Origin: Blastocladiella emersonii ATCC 22665
Lineage: Eukaryota > Fungi > Blastocladiomycota
Assembly: GCA_025594325.1 (NCBI GenBank)
Contig: JANHCV010000014.1
Coordinates: forward strand, 806,001-870,000
Reading direction: 5' to 3'
Length of the DNA: 64,000 nt
The translations under genes were made by a program, and so were the position numbers. The notes under the pieces are model-generated. The model did not search any database and had not been told where the DNA came from. It saw only the letters and a list, made by a program, of their open reading frames with translations. Below, in pieces: positions 1-12,536 of the stretch. Each line of letters begins with the position of its first letter. The first letter of the stretch is position 1.

Positions 1-3000
1 TGATCTCGTTGATGCGCGGGAGCGGGTGCATGACGATCATGTGGTCCTTGGCCTTGGCCATCACGTCGTTGGTGATCACGTACGCGTCCTTGACGCGCTC
101 GTACTCGGCGAGGTCGGTGCCGAACCGCTCCTTCTGCACGCGCGTCACGTACAGGACGTCCGTGGTGGCGATGAAGTCGTCGAGGTTGGTCGACGACACC
201 TGCTTGACGCCGGCGGCGCGGAGCTCGGCCTGGATCTCGTCGGGCATGGCGAGCGACGCGGGGCTGCAGTAGTTTAGCTTGACGTCGTACATGGCGAGCA
301 GCTTGACGAGCGAGTGGACCGTGCGCCCGTTCTTGAGGTCGCCGACGAGCGTGATTGTGAGCCCGTTGACGGACCCGAGCTCCTCGCGGATCGTGTACAC
401 GTCGAGGAACGCCTGCGTCGGGTGCTCGCCGACGCCGTCGCCAGCGTTGATGACCGGGATCTTGGCCACCTTGGCGGCCAGAGACGCCGAACCCTTCTCG
501 GGGTGGCGGAGGACGAGGCAGTCCGAGTACGCCGCGAGCGTGCGCACCGTGTCGGCAAAGGACTCGCCCTTGGCAATCGACGACGTGATCTGGTTGACGG
601 CGAGCACGTTGCCGCCCAGGCGCTGCCACGCCGACTCGAACGAGCAGCACGTGCGCGTCGACGGCTCGTAGAACGCCGAGCACATGACGCGGCCCTGGAG
701 GAAGTTGACCGCCTGCCCGCGCTCCACGAGGTTGCGCATCTCCTGCGCCACGTTGAACAGCGTGTGCAGCTCGTTGCGCGTGAACTGCTGCACCGAGAGC
801 ACGTGCTTGCGGTAGAAGGGCGACTTGACGAGCGTCGCCGAGGCGGTCGCCGAGGCCAGCGTCGACGGCGTGGCGACCGAGCCCGACGTCAGGTACGACG
901 TCGACCCGGCCTGCTGCGCGGCCGCCGCGAGGAGCTGCTGCTGCTGCGCCTGCGACGACGAGATGCGGCGCTTGCGGAGCTCGGCAATGTCGAGCACGTC
1001 GCCGTCGAGCGAGTCGAGGGCCATGGCGGCGGGCGTCGCCGCGACGGCCGTGGTCTTGGCGAACCGGGGCGACTTGAGGCCAGCAGCAGCGGCAGCCGCC
1101 GACGCGGGCGCCGAGGCGGGGACCGCGACCGAGCCGGGGGTCGTCGGGACCTGCGGGACGGCCGACGAGGTGACGGCGCCGACGTGGACGAGCGACGGCA
1201 GCGTCTCGGCGAACGTGCCGTCGAGGAACAGGGTCTTGTCCTGCATGAGCACGCGCGACACGACCGCGTCGGGGCGGTCCTCGAGCTCGATGGCCGACTC
1301 GACCTGGACGTCGAAGATGCGCTTGGGCGCGTAGTAGATCTTCTCGACGAGCTCGTCCTCGGACATGCCCTGCTTGTGCATCACGTCGAGCAGCTGCGAC
1401 AGGGCGTCGCGCTCCTCGCCCTTGCGGACGCCGAACGCGTCGACGACGTCGAGGTACTTCCAGTACATGGACCCGGTCGACGGCGCGGCCGCCGCGGCGA
1501 GCTGCGAGATGTGCGCGTCGCAGGTGACGTGCACGCCGCGCTCCTTGGCCATGGACACGAGCTCGACGTCGTCGGCGCGGAGCGCCGTGACGTGGACCGC
1601 CTTGTTGTGCATTGAGCACAGGAACAGGAGCGACGCGAGGGCGGCGCCCTGGGCCGACGTGACGAGGGGCTTGACGGCGGTCGAGATCTTGCGCGAGACG
1701 GTGGCGAGGTCGTTGGTGACCTCGGCCGACGTGACAGCCGTCGCGTCGACGCACGCCACGATGCCCGAGGCGAGGCACGTCTTGGCGTCGCGGGCGGGGT
1801 CGAGGACGATCCAGCCGGGCAGGCGCAGCGTCTTGTAGGACGTCTGGAAGTCGAGGGCGAGCACGTCGAACTTGGACTCGGGGTTGCGGGCGAGCGCCTC
1901 GATGAACAGCTTGGCGCACTTGACGTTGGTGATGAGCGGGACCGCGAGGTCGACGGCCATGCGGCGCGACCGGTACCCGCGCGACATGTACGACGCCGGC
2001 CGGCGGTACTTGTTGCGCGAGGGCAGGTTGATGTACAGGTCGATGAGGTTCTGCGACAGCGCGTTTTGCAGCGAGTACTCGGGCTTGACCTGGGTCTCGG
2101 CGTCCTCGCCGTCGTGCACCTCGAGGTACTGCACGGGGATGTCGTGCTCCGAAATGAAGTCGGCGGTGCCCGACGTGGCGAACAGCTTGAACCCGAGCTT
2201 GTGCAGCTTCTCGATCGACGGCAGGAACTCCATCTTCTCCTTGAACGACCCGATCGAGATGAGCACGTTCTTCTTGGGCAACTTGAACCCGGTCGCCAGC
2301 AGCGCCTTGGTGTACGCCTCGAACTTGTCGCGGCCGAAGCACGCCACCTCGCCCGTCGACGCCATCTCGACGCCGAGCACGGGGTCGGCGCCCGACAGAC
2401 GCGAGAACGAGAACTGCGGCACCTTGACGGCGACGTAGTCGGGCTCGGGGACGGCCGCGGGGACCGTGAAGGGGAGGTCGAGCATGGCCTTGATAGCGAT
2501 CTCGATCATGTCGACGCCGAGCACCTTGGAGCAGAACGGGAACGAGCGGGACGCGCGCACGTTGCACTCGATGACCTTGATCTCGTTGTCCTTGGCGATG
2601 AACTGGATGTTGTAGGGGCCCGTGACGTTGAGGGCGTGGCCGATCTTGGCCGTGGCAACGCGGATCTTCTCGACCGTCTCCTGCGACAGGTCCTGCGGCG
2701 GGAGGACGAGGGTCGCGTCGCCCGAGTGCACGCCCGCGTTCTCGACGTGCTCCGAGATCACCGAGTACACGACCTTGCCGTTGACGGCGACCGCGTCCAT
2801 CTCGATCTCCTTGGCCTCCTCGATGAACTTGGAGATGACCACGGGGAAGTCGCGCGAGACCGCGACGGCCTGGGACAGGTACGAGGCGAGGTCGTCGGGC
2901 GAGTTGACGACGTTCATGGCGGCGCCCGACAGCACGTAGGACGGGCGGACGAGGACCGGGTACCCGACCTTGTCGCAGAAGTCGGCCGCCTCGTCGAGCG

Positions 3001-6000
3001 ACGTGAGCTCCTTCCACTTGGGCTGGTCGACGCCGATCTTGTCGAGCATGCGGGAGAACTTGTACCGGTTCTCGGCCGAGTCGATCATCTCGGGCGACGT
3101 GCCCATGATCTTGACGTTCTGGCGGTGCAGCGGAAGCGCAATGTTGTTGGGGGTCTGGCCGCCCATCGAGAGCACGACGCCGGCCGACTTCTCCATCTCG
3201 TAGATGTCGAGGACGCGCTCCATGGTGATGTTCTCGAAGTAGAGGCGGTCGGCCTCGTCGTAGTCGGTCGACACCGTCTCGGGGTTGTAGTTGATCATGA
3301 TGGTCTTGAACCCGTTGGCGCGCAGCGTGCGGATCGCGCGGACCGCGCACCAGTCGAACTCGACCGACGACCCGATCCGGTACACGCCCGACCCGAGCAC
3401 CGTGATCCCCTGGTCCTCGAACTGCACGTCGTGCTCGACCGCGTTGTACGTCATGTACAGGTAGTTGGTCATGGCGGGGAACTCGGCGGCCACCGTGTCG
3501 ATCTGCTTGACGAATGGCGTGATCCCGCGGGCGATACGCAGCTCGCGCACCGCCATCTCCGTCGACTTGAGCGCGTGGGCGATCTGGCGGTCCGAGAACC
3601 CGATCTGCTTGCCGGCGCGGAGCATGTCGGTCGAGACCGAGGCCAGCGAGTGCTTGGTGAACTCGCGGTCGAGCTGCACGATGTTGTTGAGCTTGTGCAG
3701 GAACCACTTGTCGATCTTGGTGAGCTCCCAGATGCGGTCGACCGAGTACCCCTGGTGCAGGGCGTTGGCGATGGCGAACAGGCGCAGGTCCGTCGGGTGG
3801 ACCAGCTCCTCGTCGATGTTGGCCACGTAGTCGTTCTGCGCGAACCCGACAAACGAGTACTCGACCGACCGGATCGCCTTCTGGATCGTCTCCTCGAAGG
3901 TGCGCCCGATGGCCATCACCTCGCCGACCGACTTCATCGACGACGAGATCTTCTTGGACACGCGGTGGAACTTCTTGAGGTCCCAGCGCGGGATCTGCGG
4001 GTGGGGGCGAAGAGTGGCGGGTCCGTTAGTTTCGTGGTCGGTGTGCGAGCGAGTCCCACGAAAAAGAAAACCGTACCTTGACGACAACGTAGTCGAGCGA
4101 CGGCTCGAAGCACGCGCACGTCACCCGCGTCACGGCGTTCTTGATCTCGTTGAGCGGGATCCCGAGCCCGAGCTTGGCGGCGACGAACGCGAGCGGGTAC
4201 CCGGTGGCCTTGGACGCGAGGGCCGACGAGCGCGAGAGACGCGCGTTGACCTCGATGATGCAGTACTCCTTGGACACGGGGTTGAGGGCGTACTGGATGT
4301 TGCACTCGCCGACGACCCCCAGGTGACGAATGACGTTGACGGCCGTGGTGCGGAGCATGTTGTAGTCCTCGTCCGAGAGCGTCTGGGAGGGGGCGACGAC
4401 GATCGAGTCGCCCGTGTGGATGCCGAGCGGGTCAAAGTTCTCCATGTTGCACACGGTGATGCAGTTGTCGTTGCAGTCGCGGACCACCTCGTACTCGATC
4501 TCCTTCCACCCCTTCATCGACTTCTCGACGAGCACCTGCGGCGACGACGCGAACGCGGTCGCGCACAGCGCCGCGAGCTGCTCGTCGTTCTCGGCGAACC
4601 CGGAGCCCAGCCCACCGAGCGCGTAAGCCGCGCGCACGATGACGGGGTACCCGATCGAGTGCGCAGCCGTGAGGGCCTCGTCGAGGTTGACGGCCGAGGC
4701 GGACTCGGCGCACTTCTCGTCGATCTCCTTGAGGGCCATGGCGAAGAGGTCGCGGTCCTCGGTGATCTCGATGGTGGAGATCTGGGTGCCGAGCACCTGG
4801 ACGCCGAGCCCGGCAAACTCGTGCTTCATCTGGACACCGACGTTGAGCGCCGTCTGGCCACCGAACGTCACGTAGATGCCGTCGGGCCGCTCGTGCTGGA
4901 TCACCTTGCGGACAAACTGCGGGGTCACGGGCAGGAAGTACACCTTGTCGGCGAGCCCCTGCGACGTCTGGATCGTCGCAATGTTCGGGTTGATCAGGAT
5001 CGTGTAGATGCCCTCCTCCTTGAGCGCCTTGATGGCCTGGGTGGTGGTGCGCGCGGGGGTGGTGGGTCAGCGAGGGTTCGTGAGTCAGGAAGAAGGGAGA
5101 GTGGGCGTACCTGCGAACCCGAGTAGTCAAACTCGCCAGCCTGGCCGATCGAGAGACCGCCGGACCCGAGGACGAGCACCTTGCGGACGCTGACGCGGGT
5201 CGTCGCGCGCTTGGACGCGACGAGGTCCGTCTCCTTGACGGCGGGCGGGGGCACGAGCTTGCCGGCGTCGGCGCACGCCTGGACGTTGGCGATGAACTTC
5301 TCGAACAGGTACTCGGTGTCGCGCGGGCCGGGCGTGGACTCGGGGTGGAACTGGACCGAGAAGATCGGGAGGTGCTCGTGGGCGATGCCCTCGTTGGACC
5401 CGTCGTTGGCGTTGACGAACAGCTCCTTCCAGCCGTCGGGCAGCGTCGCAGCGATCACGGCGTACCCGTGGTTCTGCGACGTGATGTGGCAGCGGCCCGT
5501 CTCGAGGTCGGTGCACGGGATGTTGTGGCCGCGGTTGCCGAACTTGAGCTTCTCGGTCTTGGCGCCGGCGGCGAGCGCGAGCAGCTGGTGGCCGAGGCAG
5601 ATGCCGAAGATGGGCTTGGACTTGCGGTCGAGCATGGTGCGCAGGCGCGCGATGGTCACGTCGACCATGGTCGGGTCGCCGGGCCCGTTCGAGATGAACA
5701 GGCCGTCGTAGTCCTGGTCGGCCACAAAGTCGTAGTCGTAGGGGACCACCTTGAGCTCGACGCCGCGGCGCACGAAGCACCGGATCTGGTTGTACTTCAT
5801 GCCGACGTCGACGGCGAGCACGCGCAGGGGCTTGCCCGTCTTGGCCGACGTGCGGACCGTGGCGCCGTTGGCGGGCGCGGGCGCGTACACCTTGGCGGCC
5901 TTGGTCGACACCTCGGCGACGAGGTTGGTCGCGTTCGGGTCGACGAACTCGAGCTTCTCGAAGTCGGCCTCGAGCGTCGCGTCCGCCGCACCGGCCCGGC

Positions 6001-6609
6001 CGCGCGGCGTGGTGGCGGCGAGCAGCTTGCCGAGGAGGACGCCCTTGGTGCGGATCTTCTTGGTGATGGCGCGCGTGTCGATGCCGTAGATGGCGGGCAC
6101 GTTGTTCTCCTTGAGCCACTGGGCGAGCGACGAGGCGGCGAGGAAGTGCGAGAACTCCTGCGAGTACTGGCCGACGACGAGGCCGGCAATGTGGATCTGG
6201 GCCGACTCGAGGTGGCGCGACAGCTTGCCGAGCTCCTCGTCCACGGCCTCGCGCGAGGGCACGCCGTAGTTGCCGATCAGCGGGTACGTGAGCACCAGGA
6301 TCTGGCCGCGGTACGACGGGTCCGTCAGGGACTCGGTGTAGCCGACCATGCCTATTCCCGCAAAGAGTGTGTGAGTGTGAGTGCGTCTGCTCGATACATG
6401 CGTTCCCAAGAAGGTGAAGGATGCGTACCGGTCTGGAAGACACACTCGCCGGCAATCGAGCGCGGGGCGCCGAACGAGTAGCCCTGGTAGGCCGAGCCGT
6501 CGGCGAGCGCGAGCGTCGCGACGACCGGGCCCGAGGGCGAGGCCGCGTCGGCCGCGTTGGGCGGGCACGCCGGGCGGAAGATGGTGTTGGTGTTGGTGGT
6601 GGTGGTCAT
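1..6609 (-). CDS. URA2: Multifunctional pyrimidine biosynthesis protein (GATase/CPSase small + CPSase large + inactive DHOase-like + ATCase); 3' end runs off the window
   Basis: Exons 6609-6429, 6351-5111, 5036-4077, 3994-<1 with GT-AG introns 6352-6428, 5037-5110, 3995-4076. GATase motifs [25 protein letters not shown]; CPSase [22 protein letters not shown] and [19 protein letters not shown]; ATCase [15 protein letters not shown] and LVLRHPEKG. Confidence 0.97.
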
Positions 6610-6895
6610 GGTGTCGATGAGGTATGCAAATGCGAGGTGCAGGTGGAGAGGAGGGTAGGATCACGCCAGAGAAGGTAAACGGTTGTCGAGGAGAGTTACG
6701 GATGGAGGGAGAGACGATGCAGTGCAGGTCAGCAAAGAGCAAGCACGATCGGTGAGGAGGAGAGGAGAGCTGTCGGCAGGCCGAGAGCACACAGGGATGA
6801 GGAGGGGGAGGAGGTCGAGTAGTCCAGAGCCAGGTTGTCCGTCCAGGCAAGGGAGTCCGAACAAGACAGACCAGGGGGAGCGGGGGCGCGGCGAC

Positions 6896-6903
6896 CTTTT
6901 ATA
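6896..6903 (-). promoter_or_regulatory. Candidate TATA box (TATAAAAG) upstream of URA2
   Basis: CTTTTATA on + reads TATAAAAG on -, about 290 bp upstream of the URA2 ATG in a GC-rich context. Confidence 0.45.
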
Positions 6904-7211
6904 CTCGAGTGCAAGAGGGGACTGGGAATGTCTCGCACCTCCATCGGCCGCACGCGCCGCTAGCCACCCCGCGGAATATGGGCGAGCGCACGCACCCGCG
7001 CTCACGGCCTAAAATCGGAACCGACCCGGCTTATCCCGCTCTGCGTCACGTGCCCCGCGCAGCCCGCGCAGCTCAGCCCGCTCGCGACCGCTGACGACCG
7101 ACAAGCCCCCATATTGGCAGGGGTGGCTAGCGCGCGGGATATGGGGCCAGCCACCCCCACGTCGCTCTCCACCAGCTCTCGGAAAAATAATGCCCATCCC
7201 TTCCATCACGC

Positions 7212-8402
7212 TCACCCATCAGCACACTCCTTCGCGAGCGCCTGCAGCAGCTGCCTCGCGGGCCACGCAATCCCCGATTCGGTGCCGCGCGCGAGGATCG
7301 CGAGCAGGTCGAGCGCGCCGTGCTCACCCGCCAGCGCGGGCCACTCTGCCGCGGGGAGCGCGGCGAGCTCGTACATCGCGGCGAGCTTGGTGGCGTGGCC
7401 CTGGCGCGGCGACGCGAGGATGCTCAGTAGGGCCTCGCCGCTCGCGAACAGCGGCATCGGGCTGCCGCACAGCAGGCCGTCGTCGCTGCGCCGCCACGCC
7501 TCGACCGTCGCGTGGATCCAGCGCAGTTGAGATGGGTGGATGGCGATGAACTGGAAGTGGCCTATTCCCGCGAAAGAGGTTAGATGGGAGGGGGGAGGGA
7601 GAGGGGGAGGGAAGTACGGACCGAGCAGATCCCACGCTTCCTCGAGGCACATGCCGCGCACGACGAGGTCGAGGTACTGCGAGAACGTGAGCGCGCCCTT
7701 GCCCAGCCTATTCCACACGTATCAGTCACGGCACCACCCAATCCCTCTTGAACCAACGCGTACCGGTCCAGCGCCGACGCGAGCAGCGGCACACACTTCG
7801 CCCTCGCCCCGCTGGCCATCTCGAGGTGCGCGTGCAGCCGCCGCACCTGGTCCTCGTGCGCCGTTCGCGGAGACGCCGGCCACGTCGCGTCCACGGCCTC
7901 GCGCGTCAGCGTCGCAAACGGGCGGTGCGTAGCCAGCCACGCGCGCAGGTCGGTGGTCGGCGGGTCGTGGAGCGCGGACGCGGCGGCCGCGCGGAGGTCG
8001 GCGCCGAGGTCCGCGACTTGCGGCGGCGCGAAGCCCGGCGCGGCGGGGTTGATGACGCGCGACTCGAGCGGGGCGGGCGCAGCAGCGGCGGTGTGGTGGT
8101 CGAGTTTCTCGTCGACGCGCGCGTCGGCCTGCGACGGGATCGGCGCGTGGAGGACCGCCTCAGGCCCTGTTGTCGGGCGTCAGCTTCATCCCACCACTCC
8201 CAAACCGCCAGCGCGTACCATCCGACACCGACTCTCCGAACCCGCACACGTGCTTGGCCCACGGGAACAGGTAGTCGGCGACGAGCGTGTGCACCGCGGC
8301 GCACAGCGCGACCAGCGCGACGAACAGGAGCACGGCGTCGACCGTCTCGCCCGGCGACGTCCAGCTGGTCAGGCGTGGGAGGCGGTGCGTAAAGTGTTCC
8401 AT
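7212..8402 (-). CDS. Hypothetical multi-exon protein with N-terminal hydrophobic segment
   Basis: ATG at 8402 (MEHFTHRLPRL...VLLFVALVALCAAVHTLVADYLFPW); coding-like segments continue across probable introns to TGA at 7212-7214. No family recognised; exon boundaries not fully resolved. Confidence 0.5.
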
Positions 8403-8613
8403 GGCGTTTACGTTGAGGGTGAAAGAGGGGGAGAGAGGGGAGCGGATGGGAAAAGAGAAACGCGTCGCGCGACGGGGCCACGCGTCAGTCACACGACCCG
8501 CAGCAGCGAAACGCGCGCATCCGCTCGTCGGACGTCCGCTCCGTCGCGCTCACACTCCGGCTCTTCTCCCCTCCCCTCGGGATCAGACCCGAACCACCAC
8601 CACACTTACCGCA

Positions 8614-10658
8614 ATGAACTCTGCGTCTCCGGAACCGGAACCCGCCCGGCCGACCAGCGCCCTCGCCGCGCTCGCGTCCGGCGACACCGACGCCGAGTCG
8701 ACGGCGACCCGCGGCGCCCTCGAGATCCGCGCCGGCCGCGCGCCGAGTCCCGTCCTGTCCTCCTCGTCGTCCGACGACGAAGCTGACGACGACGACACCC
8801 AGGCGGTCGCGTCGCCCGCGCACCCGCCCGCGGCCCGTCCCACGGTCGACGAGGAGGAAGAGTCGGACGAGCTCGAGGTCATCGACTCGACCCCGCCCCC
8901 TCCCTCCGCCACCGGCGTCACCAAGCACCGCACCTCGGCGCCCCGCCCTCGCCCCACCACCGCCGCTGCGCCCGCCGAAACCCACGTCCCCGTCAACTAC
9001 CCGCCGGCGCTGATCGCGCGCAAAGTCCACTCGTCCGTGACGTGCCTGATCTGCCGCGAGCTGTTCACGCGCCCGTACGTGCTGGCGTGCGGGCACGCCT
9101 TCTGCTTCGGGTGCATCGCGTACTGGCTCGAGCAGTCCAAGCGCCGGTGCCCGACGTGCCGCGCCCGCGTGTTCCGCCGCCCCGGGTTCTGCTTCGCGCT
9201 CGCCGAGATCGTTGAGGTGCTCGGCGGGACACGGGTCGGGTCGATTGAAGGGGATGTGGGAGTCGTCGAGCACGAGTCGGACGCGTGGGAGAAGCTGTTT
9301 GGGAGGGAAGTCGCGGCGGGGGTCGTGGCGGATGTGGAGGATGGGGTTCGGTACGGCTGATCCCTGCTCATTCGCTCGTCGTTTGTGCCGGTTCTGACAT
9401 GTAACTCGGTAGACGCTGCTACAACTGCCACTGGGAAATCGTCGGCACCGACTGCGCGCACTGCGGCATGCAGTACGACGACGACGACTTTCTCGCCACC
9501 GACGCCCTCGTCGACAAGGCCGACGGGTCCACGGACGGCGGCGACGTGACCTCGGATGACGACGACGACGAGTCCATCGGCCACTCGGACAGCGACGAGT
9601 CCGCCAGCAACAGCGACGTGATCCTCAACGAGCTCGACGACGCGGCGTCGTCGGATGGCGATCCGCGCGAGTCGCGCCGCGCGCGCAAACGCCGCCGCCG
9701 CGCCGAAGCCCGCGCCGACCATGACCTGGACGCCGAGGACCCCGACTCGGACGACCTCGCCTTCGTCGCGCCCGACCACGAGGAGATCGTGTTCGATACC
9801 GACGCCGAGGACGACCTCGCCAACGAGCTCGCGGCCGCGGACCGCGCGGCGGACGCCGAGCGGCGTGAGCGACGCCGCCGCGAGCGCGAGGCGCGGATCG
9901 CGCGTCGCAAGCGCGTGCGGCTGCCGAGCTCCGACGACGAGGAGGAGGTGGTGGGCGACGAGGAGCGGCCCAAGAAGCGCTCGCGCCACCACCACCACCG
10001 CCGCCGGATCATGGCCGACGACGACGACGACGAGGAGGAAGATATCGACGCCCACACCCCGCAGCGGCACCCGTCGTCGCCCGTCCTCGCCAAGCTCGCC
10101 TTCTCGTCCGCAAGCGAGGACGAGGGCCATCCGCCGCCCGCCGTCGCGTTCTCGTCGGGCGACGAGGAGGACGAGGAGGAGGTCAAGCCCGCGTCGTCGC
10201 GTAAGGCTAAGGCGTCGGTCGTCGTCCTCTCGAGCGACCTCGACGGCGAGAGCGACGCGCCCGCTGCCGCCGCGAGTCCCGGCAAGGCCAAGCATGCCGT
10301 CACCGTCGACCTGGTAAGCGACGGCGCGAGCGGCGACGACGACGGGTGGGAGGAGGTCGACGCCGAGTCGGGCGACGAGGTCGAGGCCACGGAGGCCGCG
10401 CCGCACCGCCGTCGGCGCGACCGCGACCGCGAGGACAACGAGGACTCGGGCTCGTCGCGCTCCGAGTCGCTCGCGTCGGGCAGCGACGAGGAGGACGAGG
10501 ACGACGACGACGAGGACGAGATGGAGACGGACGAAGAGCCGCGCCGCCGCGGTCGCCACCACCACCACCGCTCGCGCCGCGACCGCGACCGCGACCGCGT
10601 CGCTCATCGCGCGGCGGCGGGCCGACGCGTCTCGACCAGCAAGCGCCGCGCGCGCTGA
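8614..10658 (+). CDS. RING-finger E3 ligase with second C4 zinc motif and long acidic tail (Psh1-like architecture)
   Basis: Exons 8614-9350 and 9413-10658 (intron 9351-9412). C3HC4 RING CLICRELFTRPYVLACGHAFCFGC...CPTCR; spliced junction gives RRCYNCHWEIVGTDCAHCG; D/E-rich C-terminus. Confidence 0.8.
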
Positions 10659-11785
10659 GCTCTCGCTGTCAGGGCTAGTTTTTCCGAGCTCCAATATACG
10701 TTGCTAGGTCGTCGAAGTCTCTCATTGGCCAGCGCGGGGCGAAGCTCGCGGCGTGATTTGCTATCAACGACCCCCGCCTTGTTTCAAATCACACAATCGT
10801 TTTAGCTCGCGCGCGGAGACAAGCAAAAGAACCGCGCGAGCCGCGCGAGCCGCTACATCCATCTCTCCGCCGCGATCGCGGGGAGCAAAACGCTTGCACG
10901 GCGACCATCCTCGCCGGAGGCGTAGTCGCACCGGGACGTAGCGACCATGTCGACGGATACTCGATCGTATGATACTTCTGAGGCACGCCCTCGTGTGCTT
11001 CTGGACGTCTTCGTCGTGCGCTTGACTCAACTTTTTCAACGTCCGCGATGCCGGAGTGGGTCGGCAGATCCTCATCGATGGCGAGCGCGGAAGCTCGGCT
11101 CGTTTCGCAAGCGTTGTGGACCTGAAACGTTCAAACAAGGCGGGGACTGGCGGTGAAATGACAAAGCAGCCCGAACCGAAGTGTGGCTGGGGCCGGCATG
11201 CGATAGCCTATCAGGTCAGGAGCGGTCGGGAGTACGCGGGCGACTGAGAGCGAGAAGGCAAATAACGAAAGTGAAATGAAAAAGCCCTTCTTGCGAGGTT
11301 CGATCCCCGCGGTCGAAGATAGCGCGCGGCGGTCTTGCCCGTCCGGCTAGGCGGCTTCTAGTTTCGAGGAGAGACTCGACCCAACTACGGTCGGTCGTCC
11401 AAGCAAGAGTGACGGGTGCGGGGTGCGGATGAGCGAAAAGCTTGGGAGCTTGACCGACGAACCAAGTCGAGCGCTCATGGTCCCTCCAAGCACGACTACC
11501 GAGCCCGCTACCCGTGAGCGACCCAACGGCACTCCGCAGCGTGCCTTGCGCTCCTGCTGACGCGTTGGTCCCTCGCGACAGGGCGGGCGAGCTCGGCGGC
11601 TGTACTGCTCTTGTGCTTAACGATGGCTCGTTTGGATCTGTCGGATTAGCTCAGGACGCAGATGTTCACCGTCTGTTGATGACCAGAACAGCAAGCGGAG
11701 GGGGAAGGGGCGCGTGAGCCACGCGTCAGACACTCGCGACGCGTCGTTCAGGCGATGCTGCTCTCACAGTGAAAAAGGGGCCCCG

Positions 11786-12111
11786 GTAAACAGCCAGGTA
11801 AACAGGTGGTAAACAGGGTTTCGCGGCTGTAAACAGGGCTGTTTACAGCGGCCAAATAAACAGCAGTTTACCGGGCTGTTTACCGCGTAAAGGTGGTTTA
11901 CCACCTGTTTACCGGGGAGAGGTTAGGTTGAGAATTCGGGCCTCAAATCAGCACTTAGCCCTGTCGAATTCAGCACCTAACTCGGCAGGTAAACCAGCTT
12001 TCCCTGGGCGGTAAACTGAGTTTACCGGCCGGTAAACAGGCTTTACAAAGGGCGGTAAAGCTGGTTTACCGACGGGAAACTCGGTTTACAGGTGGCGGAA
12101 ACGCTGTTTAC
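11786..12111. repeat. Left subterminal array of GTAAAC/GTTTAC hexamers, partly fold-back
   Basis: About 16 exact GTAAAC/GTTTAC copies in both orientations (hand count); CCCCGGTAAAC...GGTGGTAAAC at the start is mirrored by GTTTACCACCTGTTTACCGGGG. Confidence 0.9.
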
Positions 12112-12482
12112 CGGGCGGAATTTAGAGCAATAAAAAAACCGAACCAGGGCCGGTTTTCGGCCCCGATCCGGTTCGGTTCTCACAGGACGCGCCGCTCGCG
12201 ACCTGGCGCCCGATCGGGTCGCAGATGCAGAGCAAGCGGCGCACACGGTCGAGCAGGATGAGAGAAATGAGGTTGCATTGGTGGCAGCGAGGGTGAGGGG
12301 AGGAGGTGCGGCAGAGCGCCGAGGCAACGACGGGACGGTGGTGGCGATGAGGTAGTGCTACGGGCGACGGTGACGCGTCAGTGCATGGTCGCGGTCGCCG
12401 GACGGAAGGGGACGCGTACCTTGAGCGCGGAACGGGCTTGATACGCGGTGCGGCGCCTGGACACGCACTCATGCGGTCGAGT

Positions 12483-12536
12483 GAGTCGCGTTGCGCGTCG
12501 AGTCGCGTTGCGCGTCGAGTCGCGTTGCGCGTCGAG
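12483..12536. repeat. 17-bp tandem repeat (GAGTCGCGTTGCGCGTC) x3
   Basis: Three consecutive exact units plus GAG. Confidence 0.9.

Noticed and set aside
314-6455. Long + strand ORFs (433, 671, 408, 378 aa) over URA2, and similar ORFs opposite pol, CDC55, MMAA and the LRR genes
   Set aside because: Antisense or alternate-frame shadows of GC-rich coding sequence; no motifs.
11297-11306. GGTTCGATCC B-box / T-loop-like motif
   Set aside because: No cloverleaf, anticodon arm or A-box could be built around it.
11765-11777. Transib/RAG-like transposon suggested by the CACAGTG heptamer
   Set aside because: The TSD is 3 bp (Transib/ProtoRAG give 5 bp), there is no nonamer at 12/23 spacing and no RAG1-like ORF; subterminal arrays fit CACTA.
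12483-12536. CRISPR-like array
   Set aside because: Contiguous 17-bp tandem units with no spacers, in a eukaryotic context with no cas genes.
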